Of a stretch of DNA of 64,000 nucleotides, positions 27,140-40,302 are shown in pieces. The stretch comes from Felis catus. Lineage: Eukaryota. The notes under the pieces are model-generated. The model made no database searches. It worked only from the letters and a program-made list of their open reading frames with translations, and was not told the DNA's origin. The stretch is taken from positions 20,214,001 to 20,278,000 of the forward strand of contig NC_058368.1 in NCBI RefSeq assembly GCF_018350175.1, given 5' to 3'. A program made the translations under genes and the position numbers. The stretch's first letter is position 1. Every line of letters begins with the position of its first letter.

Positions 27140-28075
27140 ATCAGGGTGTGTGACAATGCACGTTTATTGGAGAAAGTGGTATAAAATGTGGCTCCTGTCA
27201 TTTATATAGAGACGTATATACGTAGCCCTTGGACTGTGGGTTTTAAAGTTGAAGAATCTTAACACTACCTACTCCAATGAGCAATTCTTCAGTGATCCAA
27301 ATAAATCCGGGTAGTGGAGTGGTCCTCCGCAGACTCTCCTTGTTACGGTGAAAGTGTCACTGAAAGGTGGATGCCAGTCTGGTTTTGGGAACTCAAATCA
27401 CAGAGTCTGTCACTCAGGATAAATCCTTCTAAAATATATTAGCTACCTTCGCATAAATCCAGATTTCCCGATGTCGCACGGCATCCAAGTGAGACGCTAC
27501 CATAGTCTGATATATGTTTACTGTTTTATCAAGCTGCGGTTTTTCACTATTAAGCACTCCCTGGAAATTCTCAGGGCCACTGGTCCCTGGTAATGCAAAT
27601 ACGTACGCAGAATCCAGTAAGCTGTACGTTATGTTATTGTGCACTAATCTCTCCTACAGGTCACTTAGTATCTTTCCCACATTCAACGTTTTGGCTCTAA
27701 TTGTTTTTCCTTCACAGCATGAAAAATTGCCAAATCAGCTCCGGCTGACTAGGTTTTCTTTTCGTTTCAAATAATTATAGGAAGCATTTAAATTGTATTA
27801 AGTGCACTAGGCCGTATCTCAAAGGGAACGGAGGATTCAAAAAATTTTTACAACAGAAGCTTGAGAATTTATTTGCATAAAAACGCTGGTATTTTTCCAC
27901 CGAGTGTCTAGAAACCTGCCCCCTCTCAGGTAAGCATGGGCCGTGCGGCCAATGTGTGATGAGCCGGATCCCAGACAGACCGGGGAGCGGGGCTGAGAAC
28001 TCGGGTGGGGTTCGGGCCCCAGCGGGGCCAGCAGGACCCGAGCCAGTGTGTCTGAAAACCAAGGGCAGAGGGTGT
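27140..28075 (-). other. FAM124A: FAM124A 3'UTR (shortest plausible extent)
   Basis: Unique sequence between the stop codon and the AATAAA at 27168-27163 (minus strand). Longer UTR isoforms cannot be excluded. Confidence 0.55.
27163..27168 (-). terminator. Candidate polyadenylation signal AATAAA (second copy at 27081-27076)
   Basis: tttatt on the + strand at 27163-27168 and 27076-27081. A U-rich stretch (TCTTTTCG) lies about 25 nt downstream of the first on the minus strand. Confidence 0.5.
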
Positions 28076-29170
28076 TCAGATGTAGAATTCCTCCATGGCA
28101 TTGTCCACAGGTCCGGGCAACGCTGGGGGCGGTGGGGCATCCCCGCCGGTCTGCTCGGCGCTGGGAGCAGCACAGGGAGGCTCCGGCGCGGACTCCGTGA
28201 GCGAGGAGGGGCCGGAAGCAGTGGGAGCAGCAGCAGCTGTCGCGGAGGAGCTGGCGGGCCCTTTGGTGAAGAAAGGGAGGGACGCCCAGGAGGTGTCTGT
28301 GGTCACCCCGCCCCCAGCGGGCAGTGGTCCGTCTCTGGAACCCCTGGGCTTGGACCAGTGGCCGCCGCATCTTGCAGAGGGGAGGGCTGCTTCCCCGGTG
28401 CCGCAGAACCTACTGGGTGCGGAATACGCAGAGACCACAGAGAGGTCCGAGGAGGACAGGCGGAGGCCCGTGTCCACGTCCGTCTCCTGGGCCCCCTCCA
28501 AGTCATCGATGGAGAGGAGGCAGCCATGCCTCCACTCCGATGCCCTGTGCCCCGCGTCACCTGTGTTTGAGAACCACTGTGGTAGGGCCGAGGAGCCCGG
28601 GGAGGGGTCTCCCGTGGGCAAACAAAACAAGGACTTGCTTCTCTGGAAAGACCAGGGGAGGCTGGGAGGGCCGCTGGCTCGTTGGGGCCCAGGAGGCAGG
28701 CCCGTGGGGCCGGGCCCCAGGTGTGACCCTTCCGGCAGGGGCTGCTGGCTGCCGCCAGGTGTGCTGCTCGGGGCCGGGACCGCGGTGCTCGGCGGAGGCG
28801 CAGGATGAGGTCTCTGCTCGGACGGGGGCTGAGTTCTGCCGGGTTTCGGAAACTTCTTGTGCACCCTTTGCGCCTGTAGGGGGAAGAGGGCGCATCAGGT
28901 TAGCGGTGGGCGGGACTGTCACGAGACACACTTCCTGGTCACTGGAAAATTCCAGCAGGGTCACGGCCATCAAATAAGACCAGGAATTTCCTTCTCCGAA
29001 CTCTAACGCGAAGACAGAGGCGGCAGAGCTCGGGAGAGTGTGGCTCACGCTTCTCAGCCTGAGGAGCCCTCTCTGAACCTGGGAGGAGATGCAGGCCCTC
29101 GCCTTGCAGGGAGTAACTGCTCGCTCAGCGGATTAGCCACGAGAATGAGGGTTGGACTGCGCACGGAGGA
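27940..29170. promoter_or_regulatory. CpG-rich region over the FAM124A last exon
   Basis: Visibly high GC and CpG density compared with the flanks. Confidence 0.5.
28076..28873 (-). CDS. FAM124A: FAM124A, last coding exon (partial CDS, 265 aa + stop)
   Basis: The minus strand reads ccctcttccccctacAG|GCG CAA AGG GTG CAC AAG, a phase-0 acceptor, and stays open to TGA at 28078-28076. The translation AQRVHKKFPKPGR...WSFQRSKSLFCLP...LLSIDDLEGAQETDVDTGLRLSSSDLSVVSAYSAPSRFC...DNAMEEFYI matches the FAM124A C-terminus as I recall it. The ORF-track start at 28864 is an internal GTG, not an initiator. Confidence 0.93.
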   Translation of the reverse strand, partial: AQRVHKKFPKPGRTQPPSEQRPHPAPPPSTAVPAPSSTPGGSQQPLPEGSHLGPGPTGLPPGPQRASGPPSLPWSFQRSKSLFCLPTGDPSPGSSALPQWFSNTGDAGHRASEWRHGCLLSIDDLEGAQETDVDTGLRLSSSDLSVVSAYSAPSRFCGTGEAALPSARCGGHWSKPRGSRDGPLPAGGGVTTDTSWASLPFFTKGPASSSATAAAAPTASGPSSLTESAPEPPCAAPSAEQTGGDAPPPPALPGPVDNAMEEFYI

Positions 29171-29989
29171 GGGAGATAAGAATTACCAGTAAGTGCAAAC
29201 AGGATGCTGGGAGGGTGTGTTTCTCTCCAACCAGAGCACCACTATTTGCATGTAACTCATGGGAAGATGAGGGCGATCAGGGTGGGGTAGCACAGAGCAT
29301 CTCCGCTCAGAAAACACGGGACTTGATTCCAGTACATGTGTGATTGCCAGGACATATCCTAGGGGTGGCCCGTGGCTCAGGGCAGTATATCTGTGACGAG
29401 TGCGGGGCTATCAGGAAATTAGCACTTATTTACTTGCCGTCTGGGGCCACTGATCCTCTACAGACCTTGCCTTCCAGGACCTGGACAGGAAGGGGGGCTG
29501 CTGACTACTGCCTGACACCTTGGATGCCCCACAGACCTTGGATAAGCCGTCTCTCTGCCTTTAACACCTCACCCTGTTGTGCTATTCCCCCACCCTCCCT
29601 GTGGCACACCAGGAACCTGCTTCCGTTGCACAGAACTGGGGACTTCTCTTTCCGCTGCACATTCCCACTTGGGTCTGCTTCTCTGAGATTCTCCGCCTGG
29701 CCTAGCTCAGTGCCCAAGCTTACGGGCCAACCTTACTATGCAAAGTTTCCATGAAATAATGGTTTTGGGAATAGCAGGTCTGGCTCTATTAAGTACAGGA
29801 TCATCTGATTTATGAATCCTTGAGATAAGGATTAGGAGGATGGTTTACTATCAGAGATATTTCCTGGCACCCAGCAGGCTATGAGACACCGGCCCTTCCC
29901 TACACAACAAGCACCCTTACCTCCCTATTAAATGGGAACTGCGTCTTCCCACAGCCACTTGGGAAATACAGTTGAATGTAATATACATT

Positions 29990-30480
29990 TATCGTGCATC
30001 TGTTACAGGCAAGGGAGGAAGGACTGCGATGAGACTCAGTCTTTGACCACATGAAACTTACATTTCATTGAAAGGATAGGAGACAAAAAAGAAATTGGTC
30101 AGACAAGAACGAGACTGTGATGACGGGCACAATAATAGGGCTATGAGGGCGAGACCATGCCTGCCCGGGAGGAGCAGAGGAGTCTTCAGGGGAGGTGGCC
30201 CTCAAGGTGAGCCTTTGAGATGGGCAGCTGTTCTGGTGGATGGCATGAGTGGAGAGGAGGCTGTTCTGGAGAGAGGCCAACTCAAACAGAGGCTGACTGT
30301 TGGCAGGTAAGCAAGGAACTTGCAGGGGGCACTGAGTAGTTTGCCTTGATTACAGTGTAGGTGCATGAAAAGCAGTGATGGAAGATAAGTTGCAAATGGA
30401 GTCTAGTGCCATAGTGGTCAAGGAGACCTTGACTAACTGGGTAAGAAATCTACATACTTCTCTTTATGTTGAAGTCTTAA
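29990..30480 (-). mobile_element. L2 remnant
   Basis: Purine-rich L2-like body (cagggaggtggccct..gagcctttgagatggg..). Confidence 0.45.
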
Positions 30481-30574
30481 TTGTTGGAGTTTTTTTGACC
30501 AACAAATATGTGAATATATAACCATTCCTTTCATCGATTTCTAAGATCTTTGCCTAATTGCAGATATTGCAGTC

Positions 30575-30759
30575 TTTTTTTAAAGTTTTAAAATTTATTT
30601 TGAGAGAGAGCATGCGAATGTGGGGGAGGGGCACAGAGGGAGAGAAAGAATCCCAAACAGGATCTGCGCTGATGTGGGGCTTGATACCACGGCCACGAGA
30701 TCGTGACCTGAGCCAAAATCAAGAGTTAGATGCTTAATGGCTGAGTCACCCGGGGGCCC
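30575..30759 (-). mobile_element. Can-SINE
   Basis: gagatcgtgacctgagccaaaatcaagagttagatgcttaatggctgagtcaccc. Confidence 0.88.
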
Positions 30760-33700
30760 TGATATCTCTTAATCTTATAAACAGACTCATCGACTCATTC
30801 TTTCAATCAACATCAATGAGGGTCTTTTATGCAGGGCTTCCTCACTGGTGTGTTTACACTTTGAATGGGTTATCAAAGGCGATCTGAGATCTGGATCTCT
30901 TTCACCAGCAGCCTGTTGCACTATATAAATATTATTATTATCATTTTCTATGTGCTCTTTGGGGTGAGAAATGTCTGGAGGGCCAGGCCAGATAATTTTG
31001 CGTAAGACATGGTCTTAGCAAACAATTAACGATACAATGTTCAAGTATAATAAAGTGAGCTCTGATGATAAAGTGAATGGCAATATACAAGCCATGTTAA
31101 GGCACAAAGGAGGGAGAGGTTGAATAGGGGTGAGGCAGCATGGGGAAAGGTAGAGAAAGCTTGCCTTGGTAAGTCACACTTGGATGAAATCTTAGAAGTG
31201 GAAGAAGTGTTTGCCACCTGGAGGGCAACAGATGAAGCATGGAAGCACACTCAGGCACAGAAGCAGCCTGATCAGAGGCTGGAGGCAGGAACCAAAGCCA
31301 AGAGGTGAGCTCTGAGAGGCGAGAGGAGTCTTGTCGTGGTGGGCCCCAAATCATGTGTATGTATAAGGCACCTGCACTTCAAAACCCAAAGGCTTGAAAG
31401 CAAGATGGTGGCATGGCCAAATCTGTGGCAGCAGGGTAAAGGAGAACGGACTGGATGGGGGGGCGAGACTGGTGGCAGAAAGAGCATTTGGAAGATACTG
31501 CTGTAGTCTTTCACTTTTGAAGATTCATTTCAAGTAAGCTGTATTTTCAGTTGCTCGCATGAGTTTCTTAAACATCAGTTCAGATATTCAGGATTTTGTA
31601 TGGCTTTGCTGTCCACCCTTCCTGATCCTCTCCTTAATTCTCAGTCTCTACATTCTGTAGCGTGGATGTGTACCCTTGTCCTGCCGCTTCTAGTCCTGCC
31701 CTCCAGGCTCTGGAGAGCATCCTGAAATTCCCAAATCATTCTGCCAAGGGTGGCTTAAGGAGCTAAAGGTGAAAGCGGCAATTGAGATCTCTGACGGTCT
31801 GAAATTATTGACGCTTGAAGAACGTGACGCAGAGTGCTTTTAGTGCAGGTTGTAAGTGGGTTCGGTGTCAGTCTTCTAAAGATAGCGCTCCACAAGGCCG
31901 TCCTCACCATGACACTTCAGTTTGCAGCAGCCCCAGCTTTTATGTGCACGAGGGACCTTGCTGAACATGGCAAGAACACTTGGAGCCGAGCTGGTTCCTG
32001 CTGGAGGTATGATCCACTCAGTAGGGCTTGCTGCTCCGTGCTCCGGCATCTCCCGGACTCCCACCCAGCCCTTCTGACTCTGGAAGGGTAAGCGTGAAGA
32101 GTCCTACCTTTGGGATGGGGACAGGAGCAGCCTCTGAAGGCACAGCTGTGCCCAAGAGGTATCACAGCGAGGTGGCTGTCGGGGAGGCAAACTGATCTTC
32201 TTACTCGCTGGAGTTTGGCCAAACAAGAGAAGATAAATCATGAAGCTCTTTACAGAAGGAAGTCCTCGGGGATGGAGCATGCTTTGGGAGGGGAGAGGCA
32301 ATGTTTATTAATTAAAATGTCTATCAGGGCCAATTCCCCAGGGTGCCCCAGTGTATTTTCTTATTTGGAAATTTTCTTACACATTACCCTGTCACTTCCA
32401 TCTTTGGAGACTTATTCGAGGAGCATGCTCTTGGCGAGCATGTTTGCATTCTCAATCTTCTTGAAAAAGGGAGCCTCTGAATATTACTTCCTGAGAAGCC
32501 AAAGGCCAAGGTTCCCAAGAAAGAAAGTGCTAGGAGACATCTCAATCTTTCCGCTCTCAGGGACAGAGTGGTGTTAACTTTGACTTAAAACCAGGAACAA
32601 CTGGCAGAGGAGGAACACTTGATGGCAGGTATTGTCATCGCTGTGCTTGTTTAACAAACCTACCTGTGCTCTTATTTTTACTCCCTTATGAAGGCAGGAA
32701 TTCAGATAAACCCTAAATTATGCTGCTTTGAAGAGAGGAGGAGGCACCTGGTGTTTGTCACCAGAGGGGGCCCAGGTGCACCGTGGAAGTGCCAGCTGGG
32801 TGGGTGGGGCTCCAACTGGACCGGTGTTGGCTGGTGGTAATGACAGGGTCTGGGGGCAGGGAGCTGCAGGAGGGTGGCTGCGAGCCTCCACACCCCAGCT
32901 CTCGGGCTGAGCACACGTGGGATGTGTTTGCAGCACATCTGGTATTCCCTGGTGGTATTCCCCAGCTCTGTACAGAAGAAGCAGGGTCTTGTCTGTCTGA
33001 AAGACAAGTCGCGTAGACCAAACACGGAGCTTTCTTGTGTCCTCCTGGCTGCGGTAGCTGTTTCCGGCCTCTCTCGTCTGCTCGTCTAACTTGACCAGGA
33101 ACACTAGAGGCTGAGAATGAATGGTTGGAGATGTTTCAGGAAACCCCTCCCCAGGTGATCTTTCCAGAGTTGAAACAATACCCTATGTGCCCTCCTTCCT
33201 TGGAAGCCTCTCTCTGCCTTCTGTGACAGCAGCAATGTACCTCGGGGTCACCTTCCTTTCTCTTTGAAGCAGTGCAGGCTAGCTGACTCACTGGAAGCCA
33301 GTGGTTCCCCCCTTTGCTATTTATGGAACGGAACGGCATTAGATAAATGAATCTGCTTAAGGCAGCTAGCCAGGAGATCTGATTATGTCTCTGAAATCAT
33401 CAAAAACCTGAAATTGCAGTAATCAACCCAGAAGCTTCTCATGCAACTTTGAGCATAGACAGTTTGCAGTTAGGGAGGTAAAGGAGTCTGAGCCGAAGCA
33501 TCTCTTTCAATGATCTGGGTGTCAGTAGGTTCATTCCCTGGCACATGGGTAGATTCCCCAGGGAAGGGGATTCTGCCCCTGACCCAGTGACCCTGGGCAG
33601 TGTCACACCGGAGTTCACGTTCATCCTCACACTTCCTCTTTCTGAGAAAGGTCATTTCTTGTTGTGTCCTTGGCACGAACACAATGACTGTGGCATTGTC

Positions 33701-36700
33701 TGCTATGTAATGAGCCAGCAATAGAGCTTTTAACCCAGGGACTAATAAAAAAAAAAAATTCGGGGCAATTCAAGGAAATTGGGCAATGGGTTCACATGAG
33801 AAATCAGATTTTTGTTCTAAAGAAAAACACATCTTCCTTCTCCTTTCACTGTCCTTTGGGAAGTTTCCATATAACCACTAAGAGGGATACCCACAGGCAA
33901 AGCCTATGTTGTTTGTGAAATTCTTTAAAAAATTTTGAATAAAATTATTTTACCAAAACAATTCTTATTGAAATATAGTTGATATATAACATCAGTTCCA
34001 GGTGTACAACATAATTTTTCGATGTTTATGTATATTGTGAAATAAGCCTAGTTAATCCATCACCGCAGATAGACTTTTTTTTCCTGTAATGAGAACTTTT
34101 AATTTGCTCTCTTAGCAACTTTCAGTATACAGCCCAGTATTGTTAACTACAGTCATCAAGCTGTGTTACATCCCCAGGGCTTATTTGATAATTGAACGTG
34201 TACATCTTTTGAACAGCTTCACTCCCCATCTCCCAATTCTGACAATCACCAGTCAGTTCCTTGTATCTATGATTTTTTTTTTAATCCACATATAAGTAAG
34301 ATCATATGGTACCTCTCTTTCTCTGACTTATCTTGCTTAGCATACTGCCTTAGCATAGATAGACCTTATGTTGTCATAACTGGTAGAATTTCCTTCTTTT
34401 TCTATGGCTAAAAAAAATATTTTTCTTTACACGTTCATCTGCTGGTGGGCACATAGGTGGCTTTCGTACCTTGGCTATTTTAAATAATGCTGCAGTGTAC
34501 GTGGGAGGGTGCGTGCAAATATCTTTTTGCGTTACTGTTTTCATTTTCTTTGGATGAGCGCTTACGAGTGGAACTGCTGGATCACATGGTAGTTCTATTT
34601 TTAGTTTTTGAGGAATCTCCATGATGTTTTCCACAGCGGCTGCAACAATTTACATTCCACAGCCTTTACTCCTCATCCTTGAGAACACGTTGCTTCTTGT
34701 CTGTTTGGCAATAGCCGTTCTGATTGGGGTGAGGTGGTAGATAGCGTTTGTGGTTTAGATTTGCATGTCCCTGATGATTAGCGACGTTGAGCACCGTATT
34801 ATGTACCTGCTGGCCATCTGAAAGCCCCCTATAGAAAAATCTCCATTCAGCATCTCTGCCCATTTTTTAATAAGATTTTTTGTTTATTTGCTACTGAGTC
34901 ACGTGAATTCTTTATCTGGATATCAACCCCTTACCAGATACGTATTTGCACATACCTTCTTCCACCCAGTAGGTTGCCTTTTCATTTTGTTGACGGTTGC
35001 TTTTACTCTGCTGTGCAGAGGCCTTCCAGCGTGCAGCCTCACTGTTTATTTTTGCTTCTGCTGCCTTTCCTTTTGGTGTCAAATCCAAAAAATCATCACC
35101 AAGACCAATGTCAAGCAGCTTACCACCTGTTTTCTTCTAGGGATCTTATTTCAGTTCTTAAGTTCAAGCATTTAACCCATTTCGAGTTTGTTTGTGTGTG
35201 TGGTATAAAACAGTGGTCCAGTTTCATTCTTCTGCATGTGGCTGGCTGTCCAATTTTCCCAGTCCCAGTTGCTGAAGAAACTGTCCTTTCTGCATTGTAT
35301 ATTCTTGGCTCCACTGTTGTAAATTAACCAACCACATAAGTGTGAGTTTATTTCTGGGCTCCTTATTCTGTTCCATGACTCTTTGTGTCTGTTTTCATGC
35401 CAATACCATACTGTTTTTATTGTTATAGCTTTGTAATATAGTTTGGAATCAGGAAGTGTGAAGTCCCCAGATTTGTTGTTTTCTTACGATTGCTTTGGCT
35501 ATTCAGGATCCTCTGTGGTTCCATACACATTTTAGAATTATTTGTTCTAGGTGTATGAAAAATACCATTGAGATTTTGATAAGGATTGCACTGAATACGT
35601 AGATTGCTTTAGGCTGTAGGGACTTTTTTTTTTTTTTTTTTTTTTTTTGGCAATACCGATCATTTCCTTCCAAACCATAAGCATGAAATACCTTTCCATA
35701 ATCTGTGTCTTCTTCAATTTCATCAATGTCTTTGGTTTTCAATGTATAGGTTTCTCAACTTGGTTAAATTCATTTTCTGTACTTTATTCTTTTGATGAAA
35801 TTATAAATGGTATTGTCTTAATTTCTCTTTCTGATAGTTCATTAGTGTATAGAAATGCCACAAATTTGTATATATTGATATTGTATCCTGCAGTATTACT
35901 GAATTCATTAGTTTTAACAGGGCTTTTTTTTGTTTTTTTGTTTTTGTTTTTTTTAGTATAGGCTTAAGGGTTTTCTATTTATAGTATATCATCCATCAAT
36001 AGTGACAGTTTTACTTCTTTCTTTGCAATTTGGGTGCCTTTTATTTCTCTGTCTTCATTAACTGATGTAAGACTTCCAATATTATACTGAATAAATGTGG
36101 GGAGAGTGGGAATCTTTTGTTTCTGGCCTTAGAAGAAAAGTTTTCAGCGTTTTACCACTATGTATGATGTTAGCAGTGGGCTTAACTGTTATATATATAC
36201 CTTTATGATGTTAAGGTGTGTTTCTTCTATACCCAACCCCAGTTTTTTTTTGTAAATGTGGAATTCTGTCAAATGCTTTTTCTGCATCTATTGTAATGAC
36301 CATACAATTTTTATCCTTCATTTTGTTAATGTGGTATATAACACTGATATGCAGATTTTGAACTATCCTTGCATCCCTGGAATCAATCCCCCCTTGATCA
36401 TGGTGTATAATCCTTCTAATGTATTGTTCAATTCAGTCTGCTAATATTATTTTGTTGAGGATTTTTCCATGTATGTTGATAAGGGATAATGATTTGTAAT
36501 TTTCTTGTGGCATCTTTGTCTGGTTTTGGTATCAAGGCAATGCTGGCCTCGTAAAATGAGTTTGGAATGTTCCCTTCTCTCCTATTTTTTGGACGAGTTT
36601 GAGAAGGATTGCTATTTCTTCTTTAAATGTTTGGTAGAATTCACCGGTGAAGACATCTGGTCCTGGACTTCTATTGGGAAGTTTTTGATTATTCATTCAG

Positions 36701-36789
36701 TCTCCTTATTAGTAATTGGTTTGTTCAGATTATCTATTTCTTCATGATTTAGTCTTGGTAGATTTTATGTTTCTGACAATTTATCCATT

Positions 36790-36994
36790 CTTTCTTTTCT
36801 TAAAATTAAAAAAAAATGTTTATTTTGATAGAGCGTGCAGGGGAGGGACGGAGAGAGAGGGAGACACAGGATCTCAAGCAGGCTCTGTGCTGACAGCAGA
36901 GAGAAAGCCCAATGCTGGGCTCAAAGTTATGAACTGTGAGGTCATGACCTGAGCCAAAGTTCAATGCTTAACTGGCTGAGCCACCCAGGTGCCC
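36790..36994 (-). mobile_element. Can-SINE within L1
   Basis: SINE body ending gagccacccaggtgccc. Confidence 0.88.
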
Positions 36995-37630
36995 TGGCAT
37001 ATAATTTCTCATAGTAGTCTCCTATGATCCTTTTTTTCTGTGGTACTCAGTTTAACATCTCTTTCATTTCTGATTTTATTTTTTTGAAGGATGTCTTTTT
37101 TTTTTTTTTTGTGAGGAGTTGAACTAATGGTTTGTCAATTCTGTTTTAGCTTTTCTTAGGTTCATTGATCTTTTTATTACCTCCTTTCTACTACATCTGG
37201 GTTTTCTTTTTTCTTTTTCTAATTTCTTGAGGTGTAAAGTTAGGTTGTTTATTTGAGCTCATTGTGGTCTCTTGATGTAGGCATTTATCTCTATGAACTT
37301 CTGTGTCGCACTTAGCTGTGTCGCACATTTTAGCATGTGGAATTTCCATTTTAATTTGTCTCATTGACAAATGAGACACTATAAAATCATTATAAAATAA
37401 CCTTTGTCTCTTATTACAGTCTTTCTTAAAGTCTATTTTGTCTGCTAGAAGTATAGCTTACCCCTGCTTTCTTTCCATTTCTATTTGTATGGAAAATCTT
37501 TATCCCTTTACTTTCTGTCCGGAAGCATCTTGTAGGTAGTATATAGATACATCTTGTATAGAGATATGTTTTTTAAAATCCATTCAGCCATTCTGTCTTT
37601 GAGGGGAGAATTTAGTCTATTCACACTTGC

Positions 37631-37823
37631 TTATTTATTTATTTTGATAGAGACAGAGAGCAAGGAGGGGAGGGGCAGAGATAGAGGGAGACAAAGAATC
37701 CCAAGCAGGTTCCATACTGTCAGCATGGAGACCAATGCAGGGCTTGAACTCATGAACCATGAGATCATGACCTGAGCTGAAATCGAGTCAGATGCTTAAC
37801 CAACTGAATCACCCAAGTTCCCC
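37631..37823 (-). mobile_element. Can-SINE within L1
   Basis: gagatcatgacctgagctgaaatcgagtcagatgcttaaccaactga. Confidence 0.88.
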
Positions 37824-40082
37824 CATTTACATTTAAGGCCATTATGGCCAGGTATGTACTTACTGCCATTTTGTTAAAACTGTTTTCTGTTTTATAATCC
37901 CTTTCTTTTCTTGATCTCTTCCTTTATGACTTAATGATTTTCTGCAGTGGTGTGTTTAGATTCCTTTCTCTTTATCTTGTGTGTATATACTACAGGCTTT
38001 TGCTTTGGGGTACCATGAGGCTTACAAAAAACTTATATACTGTGGTTTAATGTAAAACAACTTAAGTTTGAACACATCCTAAAGCTCTAAATATTTATGC
38101 TCCACCCCAACATTTTTGTTTTGATGCCATAATTTATATCATTTTATCCTGTATATCCAATAACAAATTACTGTAGTTATAGTTATTCCTACAACTTTTG
38201 TCTTTTAACCTCCATACTAGTATCATAAATGATGAACCCATCACCTTTACAAAATTAGATTTTTCTGAATTTTACTATATATTTACTTTTAGCAGTGAGA
38301 TTTATACTTTTTTGTTTTCCTGTTACTCATTAACATCCTTTTGTTTCAACTAAAAGTAGTCCCCTCAACATTTCTTGTAAGACTGCTTTAGTGGTAATGA
38401 ACTCTAGCTTTTGATTGTGTGAAAAACTTTCTCTTCTTCAACTGAAGGACAGCTTCACCCAGTATTCTTGGTGGGCAGTTTTTTTCTTTTCCTTTCAGCA
38501 CTTTGAGTGTATCATTCCACACACTTCTGGCCTGCAAAGTTGCTGCTGAAAAATCCAGGGATGGTCTTACAGGGGTTCCCTTGTATGTAAGAAGTTGTTT
38601 TTCTGCTTTTAAGATTCTCTCCTTGTCTTTAACTTTTAACACTTTAATTATAATGTGTCTTACATGGGTCTCTTTGGGTTCATCTTCTTTGAAACTCTCT
38701 GGACTTCTTGGATATGGACTTTCCTTCCCCAGATCAGGAACGTTTTCATCCATTATTTTGTCAGATTTTCTGCTCCTTTTTCACTTCTCCCTCTGGGGAC
38801 CCTTATAATATGAATGTTAGTTAGCTTCATAGTGTCCCATAAGTTCCTTAAGCTATCTTCACTCTTGTTCTTATTTTTTTCTGTTTGCTGGTCTAATTGG
38901 AGGAATTCCAAAGCCCTGTCTTGAAGTTTACTGATCCTTTCTTCTGCTTCATCTAGTCTGTTGTTGAACCCGTCCAGTGCATTTTTCAGTTCAATAATTG
39001 TTCTTCAGCTCTATGACTTCTTATGTGGTACTTTCTTATATTTTCTTTTTGTTGAACTTCTCCCTTTGTTCATTCATTTTCTCCTGAGCTCAGTGAGCAT
39101 CTTCATCAGGTAAATAACTTATCTCTGTTTCGTTAAGGTCTTTTTCTGAGATTTCATCTTGTTATTTCGTTTGGGCCATGTTCTTTTGTTCATTTTCTTT
39201 GATTTTCTGTGTTGGTTGTGTTAGAGAAAAGAGCCACACTTCCCAGTCTGAAGGACTGGGATCATGTACGAGATGAAACTATTATTCATCCTTGCTCTAG
39301 CTCTTTACCTCAAAAACTTTGTGTTTGTCCAAGCAGCCCATTTTATTCCTAATTGCTCCAAACAATTGAGGGCGCTCTAAGACCTGTGAGTATCCCAGAG
39401 GGAGGATCTCAGTCAGCACCTAGATTCAGGCTGATGGAAAGCAAGAACCTCAAGCAGCACATTTGAAAGTATGCAAATATACCTCTTTCAGCAGAAGACT
39501 AGGTGACAGGCATTATTGTCTGCTCCCTCTGCACTGAGCTCTGGGATGACAGCCAGTTAAGAACCATTTCTTTGTTTGCTACCATCCCACTGAATCTGGG
39601 AACACAAGCCCTGCCAGACACCAGAGCCAAGCTATCAAGGAATGTTTTCTCAGGGTGGCAGCCACAAAACCTAGGGCACCAAAAAATATAAAAGCTCCTT
39701 TCGTGGAGACACTGGCAAACTTGGGCCAGGAAGAGGAAAAGTGTGAAGATGGAGAGCACAAGGATGGTGCCCACCAGCCCTCCCAGTCTCTGGAGAGGAC
39801 TGTAGTCAGCTCCTATACAAGTGTTTAAATAAGAGCATGCCCCACAGGCCATAGCTATAAAGATATGCTAATAAGCTTCTTTTAAAGAGTATTTCAGTCT
39901 GATGCTTCTTTGCTGTGCCCTGATGTATAGCTGGTTAAGAACTCTTTTTCAGTTTGTTAAAATCCTGTGGAACCCATGAAGGTAAGACCCCCTGGACACT
40001 AGAGCAAGCAGCCAAGGAGTGTCTCCTGGATGACAGCTGCAAAAATCAGGGCACTGTCTAGCCCTTTAAGAACTATTTCTCA

Positions 40083-40302
40083 GGGCGTCTGGGGCTCGGT
40101 CAGTTAAGCATCTGACTCTCAGTTTTGGCTTAGGTCATGATCTCATGGTTTTGTGAGTTCAAGCCCCGAGTCAGGCTCTGCATTGATAGTGCAGAGCCTG
40201 CTTGGGATTCTACCTCTCTCTGCCCCTCCCCTACTCACACTGTCTCTGCCTTTCTCAACATAAGTAAACTTAATTTTTTTAAATAAAAAATTAAAAGAAA
40301 TA
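40083..40302 (+). mobile_element. Can-SINE within the L1 5'UTR
   Basis: TSD aagaactatttc at 40068-40079 and 40303-40314. Confidence 0.9.

Noticed and set aside
27956..28977. Long + strand ORFs (204, 237 and 217 aa) overlapping FAM124A
   Set aside because: They are antisense shadows of a GC-rich coding exon with few stop codons, mostly with non-credible starts and no recognisable domains.
28557..29080. 163-aa minus-strand ORF and upstream AG acceptors at 29080-29079 and 29060-29059
   Set aside because: The ORF is in a different frame from FAM124A. The alternative acceptors would add 205 or 185 nt, which is out of frame, and the protein match starts exactly at 28873.
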